36,343 nucleotides of DNA from a virus: IMG/VR virus record IMGVR_UViG_3300046048_000769; one strand, given 5' to 3'. The notes under the pieces are model-generated. The model did not search any database. It saw only the letters and a list, made by a program, of their open reading frames with translations, and was not told where the DNA came from. A program made the translations under genes and the position numbers. Position 1 is the first letter of the stretch, and every line of letters begins with the position of its first letter. Positions 25,399 to 33,396 of this stretch are shown here, in pieces.

Positions 25399-25633
25399 GA
25401 CGTTGCCCTTTCAGGGCCAATACCGCCTTACGAAAGGCTTCGTCTTGCTTGATACGTGCGTGGAAGTAATTTGCAAATAACGCGATACATTCTTTGCGGC
25501 CATAAGTCTTCACCGGAAAGGGATTACCAAGAAAACCGGGATTAGGCGGATCGGGAATTGAATTATCCGGTAAGCGACATATTTTGAAGTCGCATTTCTC
25601 CTTGCGGAAATTCACTATCGTTGTGGTCATCAA
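25316..25633 (-). CDS. DUF4326-domain protein
   Basis: GNPFPV...RKECIALFANYF...GQRLGCFCKPLDCHGD matches the DUF4326 pattern (GNPF/Y...C.C.P..CH.D). Confidence 0.6.
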   Translation of the reverse strand: MMTTTIVNFRKEKCDFKICRLPDNSIPDPPNPGFLGNPFPVKTYGRKECIALFANYFHARIKQDEAFRKAVLALKGQRLGCFCKPLDCHGDIVKEWLDAQETPDD

Positions 25634-26220
25634 ACGATCTTTACATTAAAGGGCATACAAAGACGCGAGCCTTCGCCTTTGAAGGGATAAACAACGTGTT
25701 GCAGCCAAGCCGGGAAAAGGTACATATCGCCTACGACCGGAAGAACAGTTCGCTGACCACAGAAGTCAGCGGTCGCGGGCATATGTCGTCCGAATATAAA
25801 GTCGATACAACCCTCTTTGCTCTCAAGGCTGCATTGAGGCGGAACTTGAAGGTAAACAATTCCAGCCAATAAACCGCCATGTTGGTGAACAGGGTTAAAG
25901 TCTCCTGCTTTTTGCTCAACCAACCAAAGCTGGTCTAGCTCTAGTTTAACACTTTGCGGCTGACCCGACAATTGCTCCATGTATTGGTAAGACAACTTGA
26001 GAAACAATTCAGCGATATTGGGTTCTAATTTATCGACAGGCAAACCCAACTGACGACCCTCGCTCATCTTGCCTGCAAGATATGGAGAATAGTCCTCCGC
26101 AGTTGGAGCGTACTCTTCACAAAAACCTTTTAGATAATCAACAATCCAATTTGGCAAGTGAGCTTTCATCGGACCAACGATGAAAACAGGGTCAATGACT
26201 GCTGAAACTTGCTCCTCCAT
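25630..26220 (-). CDS. 2OG-Fe(II) oxygenase-like protein (TIGR02466/cyanophage-type)
   Basis: NPVHQHGGLLAGIVYL...GCIDFIF...GDMYLFPAWLQHVVYP...SRLCMPFN matches the family pattern (nP.H.H...SGVYY...G.l.F.dP...G.l.lFPSWL.H.V.p....R.SisFN). Confidence 0.6.
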   Translation of the reverse strand: MEEQVSAVIDPVFIVGPMKAHLPNWIVDYLKGFCEEYAPTAEDYSPYLAGKMSEGRQLGLPVDKLEPNIAELFLKLSYQYMEQLSGQPQSVKLELDQLWLVEQKAGDFNPVHQHGGLLAGIVYLQVPPQCSLESKEGCIDFIFGRHMPATADFCGQRTVLPVVGDMYLFPAWLQHVVYPFKGEGSRLCMPFNVKIV

Positions 26221-26221
26221 T

Positions 26222-26791
26222 TTACCTCCAAGGGGGCGGTTCCAAATCCGACGTGTTGTACGGCCCAGGATCGTTTCTCAGAGCCTCGCGGACGGCCATG
26301 CAGACTTCGCCCAACCAATTCGTTCCCTGCCACTGAGAGCGATCTGTGGCCCTCTGGTCATCTTCTCGAAGACCAATACCCCAAATCTTGTCATAAGGAC
26401 TTGCCTCTACGATCTCCTTGTCGCCCGTGCCAAGAAGATATTCCATAAGATGGGGATTTTGACTAAACTTGGCCATGTTTCCTACATAGACAATATCCCT
26501 GGAAACATCGTTCCAACGATCTGCGTCGAAATTCCGAACCTCTCGACCAAGAGCTTTCTGTTGACGAGGCGTATCAGCCTCCATGATTTCCTGCTGAATT
26601 TCTTGGTCCTCAAAGAATTCAGCTTTCTTGGCCATCATGTACTGCTCTGCACAGTTGTACTCAATTCCATCAACCTCAAAAGAGGAATCATGCCACTGAG
26701 AACAAGGACCGTCCCAAAAGAATTCAAACTGATCTCGCTCGTCCATTTCTCTTTCCTTTATCTGACCTGGGGTGCTACGGTTTGAATACAA
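26222..26791 (-). CDS. NADAR-domain protein (YbiA-like N-glycosidase)
   Basis: FEFFWDGPCSQWHDSSFEVDGIEYNCAEQYMMAKKAEFF...KALGREVRNFDADRW...KFSQNPHLMEYLLGTGDKEIVEASPYDKIWGIGL matches the NADAR consensus. Confidence 0.75.
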   Translation of the reverse strand: MYSNRSTPGQIKEREMDERDQFEFFWDGPCSQWHDSSFEVDGIEYNCAEQYMMAKKAEFFEDQEIQQEIMEADTPRQQKALGREVRNFDADRWNDVSRDIVYVGNMAKFSQNPHLMEYLLGTGDKEIVEASPYDKIWGIGLREDDQRATDRSQWQGTNWLGEVCMAVREALRNDPGPYNTSDLEPPPWR

Positions 26792-26852
26792 AAAGTTCTT
26801 CTTTTGGCAAGCAAGCTGTCAGCCCATGCTGATGCATCCATAGAATCTTTCA

Positions 26853-27113
26853 TTATAGCCTCACATAGATTCGCATCGCAATCAAAACGGCAAACCATAT
26901 CGCCCCCGCCACCGTCCCAAACAAATAGGACAGCCCAAGGTAAGGAATGGACGCAACGGCGATTGCTGTAAAGAAACGCTTCGGCTCAGGCAGCCGGTCA
27001 TACTTAGCGTTTATTTCCACCAAGAATTGAGTCAAGACTCTCTCCGTTCTGATACCGATTCCAGACAGCTTCGCAGACAGGTATTTCGCGGTGAATTTGC
27101 TTCCCGCGACCAC
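26853..27113 (-). CDS. small membrane protein
   Basis: C-terminal TM segment. Overlaps the next ORF. Confidence 0.35.
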   Translation of the reverse strand: MVAGSKFTAKYLSAKLSGIGIRTERVLTQFLVEINAKYDRLPEPKRFFTAIAVASIPYLGLSYLFGTVAGAIWFAVLIAMRIYVRL

Positions 27114-27276
27114 CCGGATCGTCTACTCGAATTCGCTTCTTTTTACCACCTTTGAAGCCCCAACCCCAATTCGCCTTGTAGCGATGAGGATGATCCGCCT
27201 CGCGGTAGGTTGTAATGACCATTCTTTTGACGCCTGGAGGTACTACCCTTCCTGTAATTGCACAATGATAACTCAT
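27004..27276 (-). CDS. small basic protein
   Basis: ORF (90 aa). Uncertain. Confidence 0.3.
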   Translation of the reverse strand: MSYHCAITGRVVPPGVKRMVITTYREADHPHRYKANWGWGFKGGKKKRIRVDDPGGRGKQIHREIPVCEAVWNRYQNGESLDSILGGNKR

Positions 27277-27283
27277 GCCTTCA

Positions 27284-28228
27284 TTATAGTGTGGAAAATC
27301 CTTTTAGGCACGAATGCAATCGCTGAAAAAACTCAATACTCTCCAGCTTAACAAGCGTTTCCGACGCCGCTGCTCTTTCGGCTTCTGTTTTGTCAAAAAG
27401 AGCCAAGGCTTCATCGACTTTTTCGCTCAGGTCAGAATAATCAGATTTGCAAAATACCACTTGGCCTATATCCACTGGATCAGGCCATGTGTAGCACCTG
27501 CGATCATGAGAGTTGTGAATGGTTTCTGGCTTAATCAATACGCAACCAAGAGCAACCGCCTCAAAGTCACGACACGAAATAGGACCAAAACCATCTGCAC
27601 AAATTGCCACCTTTGACCTACTGGTTAAATCGACAAAGCTCGTCTTCGACATTCGGCCTTCACGGTCTTTAGACGCACCAACGAGACGATGGATGGTCGC
27701 GGGAAGATTCATTGCTGCCTGTGTCGCAAGATCACGATGAGCAACGACTTTGGGATTGCTATATGTGGCGTAATGCACACACATCAAATCAAAGCATCTA
27801 AACTTGCGATATTTCCCATATTGCTTGAATTGAAGGAAACTATCAACCCACGGAAAACTGTTGATCCCAATGGCGTTGGGACCAACCTTTCTTTGAAAGG
27901 CAGCTATTGACAACTTAGCGGCCCAATCATCGCCGACACGTTTGGCGATATAATCGGGAAAAGGGTTGTCAAATGGCAGCCACGCAACGTAATTGGGATT
28001 AGCCACCCAATCGCAATGATAAAACAACTCGCCTTGAGCGTGAACAAAGACGAAATCCGCTTCGCCAGGAGAGTTTACCCATTCAATATAATCGTTGGGC
28101 ACTTCATCCATGATAAAGCGTTGCCACAATCGACCTCTCTCGTTGCCTTCTGTTTTGCAATATATTTTCATGATTTTATCATAGTAGCCGAGACAGGATT
28201 TGAACCTGAAACCTTCCAGGAGAGGCAC
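27284..28228 (-). CDS. hypothetical protein, possibly glycosyltransferase-like; true start probably MKIYCK at ~28171
   Basis: Long ORF whose annotated N-terminus runs into the tRNA-like gene. The function call is weak. Confidence 0.45.
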   Translation of the reverse strand: MPLLEGFRFKSCLGYYDKIMKIYCKTEGNERGRLWQRFIMDEVPNDYIEWVNSPGEADFVFVHAQGELFYHCDWVANPNYVAWLPFDNPFPDYIAKRVGDDWAAKLSIAAFQRKVGPNAIGINSFPWVDSFLQFKQYGKYRKFRCFDLMCVHYATYSNPKVVAHRDLATQAAMNLPATIHRLVGASKDREGRMSKTSFVDLTSRSKVAICADGFGPISCRDFEAVALGCVLIKPETIHNSHDRRCYTWPDPVDIGQVVFCKSDYSDLSEKVDEALALFDKTEAERAAASETLVKLESIEFFQRLHSCLKGFSTL

Positions 28229-28287
28229 AAGTGGGAACTATAACCCACCCTGCTTCACTGGCTGCTGGACCGTTCAGCTTCTCGGCC
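28185..28287 (-). tRNA. tRNA-like gene (103 nt) with ~30-nt internal insertion (class II tRNA or intron-containing); isotype unresolved
   Basis: Manual fold of the revcomp: acceptor GGCCGAG/CTCGGCT (G1-U72), D-arm GCTG-AACGGTC-CAGC, T-arm TCAGG-TTCAAAT-CCTGT. Between the D- and T-arms lie 53 nt, including the hairpin GTGGG-TTATAGTT-CCCAC, instead of ~23. Confidence 0.45.
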
Positions 28288-28288
28288 A

Positions 28289-28573
28289 TTACCACCATCG
28301 TAAATCCTTGAACGACTTTTCAAACTGATAATCGGGCACAGGATCAAGCCATCGCTCTGCCCAATGCCATTGACCTAAATCCAGGTCAATGCGATAGCAA
28401 TCTTCTACTTCAGAAACCTGTGCAATGACAGCTTCTTGATTGAAGTAGACCCTCATGGAAGCATTGCATTTAGGTGAAAGTTCACACTCTTCTGGCGTCA
28501 GCTTCCGAATGCGAACCTTGTCACCTACCTTAAACTTAGGTTTCAATTGTCGTGACCACCTTATTTTTGACAA
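28289..28573 (-). CDS. hypothetical protein (94 aa)
   Basis: ORF only. Confidence 0.45.
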   Translation of the reverse strand: MSKIRWSRQLKPKFKVGDKVRIRKLTPEECELSPKCNASMRVYFNQEAVIAQVSEVEDCYRIDLDLGQWHWAERWLDPVPDYQFEKSFKDLRWW

Positions 28574-28934
28574 TTAGTCTGAAAGAACTCGCAAATTCTC
28601 CGTTAGTGGGCGGCGTCTCCATTTTTTGAGGAAACTTACCACTCCGAAATTCGTCAATAAGTTCCGCAGCCTTTCCAGAAAGTATGATCTCCCTAACTTC
28701 ATCGAGATCATATCCGAGAACTCGCTCAAAAAACCGAAGAATCGCATGTTCGCTAACAACCGCCTCTTTATCCTTCAGCTTTTCCATCCCGTCTCGGACT
28801 TGTTTGATTTTGCCTTGAATCTCGTTGACTTGCTGGCTGGCCGACTTCTGATCCCTTTGTGCTTCTTGAAGCTCCTTCTGCAAGGTCGTGAGTCGCGTTT
28901 GTAACTGCTTTAATTCGCGGGTTGAGTCTGCCAT
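28536..28934 (-). CDS. coiled-coil protein
   Basis: N-terminal heptad-rich region (LKQLQTRLTTLQKELQEAQRDQ). Confidence 0.5.
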   Translation of the reverse strand: MADSTRELKQLQTRLTTLQKELQEAQRDQKSASQQVNEIQGKIKQVRDGMEKLKDKEAVVSEHAILRFFERVLGYDLDEVREIILSGKAAELIDEFRSGKFPQKMETPPTNGEFASSFRLIVKNKVVTTIET

Positions 28935-28951
28935 AATTACCTCATGGTGTG

Positions 28952-29275
28952 TTACTCATTCAAGGCTTCATGATAATACAAATCCTTGAATTGCTCAAAC
29001 AATTCCCTACCGCCGAAGCGATCCGCTATTTCCCCCAACATCCAGTTCCAACCAGGACGCTCCAACGCCAGCTTCGCAATCGCAAGCATAACAACCTGCA
29101 ACTCCGAGTTGTCAATACAAACACCATGCTCAGATGGAGGCGGGCCTTCCTTTATCAATTTCAATAACGCATCCAACTCATCCTCCACCGAAGTTGAAAC
29201 TAACGTATTTTCAATCATTCGCTGTTCCACACGGTTAATTTCTTGAACCCTGGTCTTCTTTGTGTCTACGTTCAC
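28952..29275 (-). CDS. hypothetical protein (GTG start)
   Basis: ORF only. Confidence 0.45.
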   Translation of the reverse strand: MNVDTKKTRVQEINRVEQRMIENTLVSTSVEDELDALLKLIKEGPPPSEHGVCIDNSELQVVMLAIAKLALERPGWNWMLGEIADRFGGRELFEQFKDLYYHEALNE

Positions 29276-29393
29276 AATCGGTGTTCCCGCAGCAAGTGGT
29301 GCCTTCCCTTTGCCAGCCTACCCATTCGTAGTTGAATTTGCGGCCACAATAATCACAAATCATGCTTATCACGTCTTCTGCCACCGTGTATTC

Positions 29394-29621
29394 CTAAAGC
29401 CAAGTTTCAATGATGTTGGGATCGTCTTCCGGGTGACGATCCATCCTGTGCAATCCCGGTGGAAGTTGACGACGAATATCATCCAACGAATCCCCGGTGA
29501 AATGGTCCTCGGTGATAGTCACCGTGCCTGGACCAATTTCGTTTCTCCTACAAACAAAGACACCAGGGAAATCCCTGGTGCCAGTGCCGAAAACGACCCA
29601 TATATCGAGTTTGCCGCTCAT
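29394..29621 (-). CDS. small hypothetical protein
   Basis: ORF whose start overlaps the frr stop. Confidence 0.4.
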   Translation of the reverse strand: MSGKLDIWVVFGTGTRDFPGVFVCRRNEIGPGTVTITEDHFTGDSLDDIRRQLPPGLHRMDRHPEDDPNIIETWL

Positions 29622-30199
29622 TTCATTCTCTCGATTTTAGCTGCGATAATGTTGTCGATTTCTTGAATGTACTTGTCGGTCATCTTCTGCAAATCATCTT
29701 CCATACGACGAAGTTCGTCTTCACTGAGAAAAGTATCTTTTTTGAACTGCTGCCGAAACTTCTTGCGAACATTTCTGACAGCGACCTTAGCTTCTTCTCC
29801 CAATGCTGAAAGTCGTGCGACCACCTTTTGACGATCCTCTCCACATGGAGGCGGAACGCTGACGACGACTTCGGTTTTTGAAAATACAAATGCCTCAAAA
29901 CCTGCTGCCTTGAGTCCTTTCTCAATGGCAAACCTATTCTGAGCATCGTGTGGCTCAATCCGAATTCGTCCGCCCTGCTTTGACGTTTGGGCAAGGTGCC
30001 CAATCGGCATTGGCTGACCATAACACACAACTCTCACGGAGTCGATCACAGCAGAAGTAATCAATCCGTGTCTGATGCCGACCAATTGGTCCGACAGAAA
30101 ATCAAGAGACTTTTCCATCAAGTCTCTTGGTTCCTTCAAATTATCCCCAGGTACACATTCCAGTTTCCTCCGTTTAGTTCGAGAATTAGTAAGACCCAT
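29618..30199 (-). CDS. frr: ribosome recycling factor
   Basis: EEAKVAVRNVRKKFRQQFKK...LSEDELRRMEDDLQKMTDKYIQEIDNIIAAKIERM aligns with the RRF C-terminal helix bundle (VAVRNVRRDANDK...ISEDD.RR.QDDVQKLTD). The N-terminal arm resembles the RRF beta-domain. Confidence 0.8.
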   Translation of the reverse strand: MGLTNSRTKRRKLECVPGDNLKEPRDLMEKSLDFLSDQLVGIRHGLITSAVIDSVRVVCYGQPMPIGHLAQTSKQGGRIRIEPHDAQNRFAIEKGLKAAGFEAFVFSKTEVVVSVPPPCGEDRQKVVARLSALGEEAKVAVRNVRKKFRQQFKKDTFLSEDELRRMEDDLQKMTDKYIQEIDNIIAAKIERMK

Positions 30200-30218
30200 A
30201 GGTTCCCCTATCTATCGA

Positions 30219-30704
30219 CTATCCGAGTACATCACACACAATTTTGTTCACGTCGTCCAGTTTCGCCCAAAATCGCCTGCCGCGATAATTCGGCTCCGGG
30301 CAATTCTTATTGGTGCGGAACGTAATCGAGTCAAACCCTGATACGCCTCGGCGGATATAAACTCGATCAAACGTCAGAAATGTCTTCTCTGGCAACGTAC
30401 AATGAATGAATGGCGTATTTCGCTTGGCCAAGACCTTGTGGGTCGAGTCCATGTCTTCCATTTGTTCTTCGTCCACGTCGTTGGTGAGGATGCGAATCTT
30501 CGCATCTTCTAACTTGGCGACAAGGCTGTCTCTGGCCTTCTGGTCATAGCTGGCTGACCAGCTATAAGGCACGGATATTTTCTTCTCGCCAACCATACCA
30601 GCGAGCATCGTGCTGTTGCGGCGTTCAAAATACAACTTGAACGTCCAATCTTGGGCCAAAATGATTTGTGACCCCAAATGTGGGATGAATAATTGTTGTG
30701 GCAT
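30219..30704 (-). CDS. hypothetical protein
   Basis: ORF only. Confidence 0.5.
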   Translation of the reverse strand: MPQQLFIPHLGSQIILAQDWTFKLYFERRNSTMLAGMVGEKKISVPYSWSASYDQKARDSLVAKLEDAKIRILTNDVDEEQMEDMDSTHKVLAKRNTPFIHCTLPEKTFLTFDRVYIRRGVSGFDSITFRTNKNCPEPNYRGRRFWAKLDDVNKIVCDVLG

Positions 30705-30762
30705 GTCGAACCTCTTTTCGGTATCCCTGTTAAGGTTAATTCTCCTTCAATCTGACTATGAA

Positions 30763-31305
30763 CTAATCACCTTCATCTATCTCCGGTTTCTCGGCAGGCT
30801 TCTTTTCTTCCTCTTTTTCCCTGCCCTTATACTCTTCGGCGTCAACAATTTCAATAAGGATGTTGTATTTTGTCCAAACAACTGCAACATCCTTATCCGT
30901 TGGGACCGTTTCTTTGGGAATTCCCAAGAACTCTTTACTGCGTCCGTCGTCGAATGTAATTCGTGTGCGGTCGGTGATTTCCAAAGTAACCTGAAGGCCA
31001 CCTTCCTTGGTAGTGAACTTATCCTCGGTCCACGTCTCAACCTTGTCTACGCGACCAATCAAGTGGCCAATTGGCTTGCCTACCTCTTCCTGAAACTCCT
31101 TCGCCGCGTTCTGAAGTGTTGTGACTCGGAGATAGAAAATTCCTCCTATCACACCGAACGTCAAAATGAGTTTGGCAACCATGCCTATTGCATCAGCGAA
31201 CGCTTCGGCTGGACTTTCTTCTTGCCTGTTCATTGAATCTCCAATATCGTCATGATGACCGAGAAGACAACAACTAGAGGCATCACGATACACCACCACC
31301 ACCAT
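30763..31305 (-). CDS. membrane-anchored protein with acidic/Lys-rich C-terminus
   Basis: TM segment MVAKLILTFGVIGGIFYL. The C-terminus is KEEEKKPAEKPEIDEGD. Confidence 0.5.
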   Translation of the reverse strand: MVVVVYRDASSCCLLGHHDDIGDSMNRQEESPAEAFADAIGMVAKLILTFGVIGGIFYLRVTTLQNAAKEFQEEVGKPIGHLIGRVDKVETWTEDKFTTKEGGLQVTLEITDRTRITFDDGRSKEFLGIPKETVPTDKDVAVVWTKYNILIEIVDAEEYKGREKEEEKKPAEKPEIDEGD

Positions 31306-31366
31306 TTCGTTAGCGGCGAAAAATACCTTCGCACGCTCAATTTAACTTCACTCCAAATGAAGCTAA

Positions 31367-31708
31367 TCATTTGATTGCCTTTAAGTCTTCAGCGGAAACA
31401 TTCAATAATCCGTCAATGCAATTTTCCGCGAGCCGCATTAAGTCTTCAATAGTGCATTCCTGACTACCGTACAGGAGGTCCGTCATGTAATACTCGGAAA
31501 ATATGGATTCACCTTGAAGAGACTTCTCGGCAGATTCCTCATCGAACTTCGGTAAGAACCAAAACCAACGACGCCACCAATCACGCCTCAAAATTTCTTC
31601 TTGTATCAAGCGGTCCTTACGCCTCTGACGACTGTTGTGAATTCTCTCCAGAGCTTGCTCGCACAGATCGAGAACCTCTTCTTTTTCCATGACAATGTAC
31701 GACGACAT
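31367..31708 (-). CDS. hypothetical protein
   Basis: ORF only. Confidence 0.45.
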   Translation of the reverse strand: MSSYIVMEKEEVLDLCEQALERIHNSRQRRKDRLIQEEILRRDWWRRWFWFLPKFDEESAEKSLQGESIFSEYYMTDLLYGSQECTIEDLMRLAENCIDGLLNVSAEDLKAIK

Positions 31709-31710
31709 GA

Positions 31711-32031
31711 CTACAAACCAGCTAAGGAAAGAAGTAGGTTACACACAAAGTAAACGAACAAAACAAACATCAAACCCACCCAAAACACGCTTTTGGTTTT
31801 GGTGCGTTCGATGAACTCAACAGCCCTTGTGACTTGATTGGTATCCAAGCCCTGGGTGCCAATGATGTAACTAACCTGGGTATCAGATACTTCTTCACTG
31901 CATATGCGTGCAGCTAAGTTGATAACCTCATCTGGCAGAGCCAGAAATTCGGCTTTGGTCATCTTCCCACTTGGATTGCTTCCACTCACTGTCGATATTC
32001 CTCCTTGAAGGCAGGGTAAAATTGAGTTCAA
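31711..32031 (-). CDS. hypothetical protein with C-terminal TM anchor
   Basis: C-terminal VFWVGLMFVLFVYFVCNLLLSLAGL. Confidence 0.45.
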   Translation of the reverse strand: MNSILPCLQGGISTVSGSNPSGKMTKAEFLALPDEVINLAARICSEEVSDTQVSYIIGTQGLDTNQVTRAVEFIERTKTKSVFWVGLMFVLFVYFVCNLLLSLAGL

Positions 32032-32064
32032 TCCACTCGACTTTAATCGGCAGGCATATGTCCA

Positions 32065-32128
32065 GTGTTATTCTGTCCGGTATTCCCGCACTGGAAATCG
32101 TGATTTTGTCGGGAATCCCCGTGTCCAT
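32065..32128. repeat. two degenerate ~34-bp direct repeats (TYTGTCSGGWATYCCCGYRYT cores at 32071-32094 and 32105-32128)
   Basis: Seen directly. The second copy shares the 9-mer TCGGGAATC with the T-arm-like copies in the adjacent tRNA-like element. Confidence 0.35.
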
Positions 32129-32156
32129 ACTCTACTCCGAAAATAACCCGTTGCAA

Positions 32157-32273
32157 AGTTGACGGAGGGAATCGAACCCACCCTTGCCTGCGGACCTGGA
32201 ACCATCCATTTCGGGAATCGAACCCGACTGGCCTCCCTCTCCGGGAGCCGTGCGACCACTACACTACGTCAAC
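32157..32273 (-). tRNA. degenerate tRNA-like element with an internally duplicated T-arm (possible pseudo-tRNA or tRNA with non-canonical insertion)
   Basis: Revcomp: acceptor GTTGACG ... CGTCAAC (perfect 7 bp), D-arm GTGT-AGTGGTC-GCAC, no canonical 7-nt anticodon loop (CTCCC-GGAGA-GGGAG hairpin instead). Two T-arm-like copies (TCGGG-TTCGATT-CCCGA and GTGGG-TTCGATT-CCCTC) lie 46 nt apart. Confidence 0.35.
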
Positions 32274-32587
32274 ATCGAAGGCGACCATTCCGAATCAATA
32301 TCTCTCTTGGGAAATTCGACCAGAACGTGTCCTTCAAGCCAACAACGAAGTTCATCATTGAATTCAGCCACGCAATTATACGCCCCTGATACGTTCGTTT
32401 CTTTCAGTTCTCGATTGAACGGATATTTCCGCCACAAAATATCCAAATGATAAAACAAATCTCCAGGTGGTATCTGCTGAAACGGAACGCCATTCTTGGG
32501 CGATTCCTCTTTCCACGGCAATTTGGACCTGCCGAAAATATCAACTCTTGATGGAATCTTGCCGCGATTCTGTCCACTCATCGTCAA
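32264..32587 (-). CDS. W-tag family small protein (C-terminal ...KRDIDSEWSPSMLT)
   Basis: ORF. Motif lies at the C-terminus. Confidence 0.5.
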   Translation of the reverse strand: MTMSGQNRGKIPSRVDIFGRSKLPWKEESPKNGVPFQQIPPGDLFYHLDILWRKYPFNRELKETNVSGAYNCVAEFNDELRCWLEGHVLVEFPKRDIDSEWSPSMLT

Positions 32588-32822
32588 TACACCTGTACTT
32601 GGGTCGCGGCCCCATAAGCTCTTTCATACGATCCAGTGCTTCTACGCCCGCTGTATCAAAAAAGCAATTGGCCATGATGTCGTCTGATTTAGCCATGATA
32701 GCATCGACTATTTTCTTGTGCATAGCAGGACCAACGCTCAATATTCTTGGCTCGTATCCCCCTTTTCCATCGCTGACGTTGCAGTTGAACAAGTATCGCT
32801 TGTGGCCTGAAGGATTTTCCAT
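32541..32822 (-). CDS. W-tag family small protein (C-terminal ...KYRCIDDEWTESRQDSIKS)
   Basis: ORF. KYR-x-IDD-x-WT-x-S is identical in pattern to the 2491..2733 tail. Confidence 0.5.
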   Translation of the reverse strand: MENPSGHKRYLFNCNVSDGKGGYEPRILSVGPAMHKKIVDAIMAKSDDIMANCFFDTAGVEALDRMKELMGPRPKYRCIDDEWTESRQDSIKS

Positions 32823-33079
32823 TCTTTGAACTCCTTTTTGTCCTGCTCGTCAACCAGCCACTCTTTGTAATAATGATGTAATCTCGAACCCAAAAAAGCA
32901 ATAATAGCAGTTGTGGAAACGATAATCGCCATAGTCTGATCTCGCCAACAAGTGGCAGCGATGAACATGCTGCCCAAGACCAACCCTAAACAGCGAGTGA
33001 CAAATATATCAGAAAAAACAAATTTAAGTATGTTCATCATAATCTCCCGCTGTGGTAATCGCTCCATTGTGCTTCCCAA
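32738..33079 (-). CDS. small membrane protein (2 TM)
   Basis: Hydrophobic segments. Overlaps the next ORF start, so the boundaries are uncertain. Confidence 0.4.
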   Translation of the reverse strand: MGSTMERLPQREIMMNILKFVFSDIFVTRCLGLVLGSMFIAATCWRDQTMAIIVSTTAIIAFLGSRLHHYYKEWLVDEQDKKEFKEWKILQATSDTCSTATSAMEKGDTSQEY

Positions 33080-33396
33080 AAATCATGATGATCTTCGGCA
33101 CAAGCTCTGCACAAAAAAACAGAACGATTCGGATTTTCACCTTTACCGTCCCAATGATACATCGTTCGTGAATCTTCTAACTCGACGCCTTCTTTGTTGC
33201 CACACCTTTCACAAACATTTGGGTCCATGTCATGAACCATATGCTCGATGCTACCCTTGGAAGGCTCCCATTCTTCATCAATAGATCGAATTCTTTTACT
33301 TGGTTTGTGACGATCAGAATCAGTTAAAGGTCGGCTTCCGACGACTTTTGACCTGATTCCTCGTCCTGACTTTGCTGCCATTTCGATGGCTCCCAT
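33037..33396 (-). CDS. W-tag motif (RIRSIDEEWEPSKGS) followed in frame by a Zn-ribbon domain (CERC ... CRAC)
   Basis: ORF. Here the motif lies N-terminal to the Cys-rich domain, and the ORF's 5' end overlaps the preceding ORF's 3' end in another frame. Confidence 0.4.
   Translation of the reverse strand: MGAIEMAAKSGRGIRSKVVGSRPLTDSDRHKPSKRIRSIDEEWEPSKGSIEHMVHDMDPNVCERCGNKEGVELEDSRTMYHWDGKGENPNRSVFLCRACAEDHHDFWEAQWSDYHSGRL

Noticed and set aside
32157-32273. Interpreting the duplicated T-arm as attL/attR of an integrated element
   Set aside because: The two copies are only 46 nt apart with nothing between them, and no integrase gene is present in the window. I kept it as a 'scar or pseudo-tRNA' observation and not as an integrated element.
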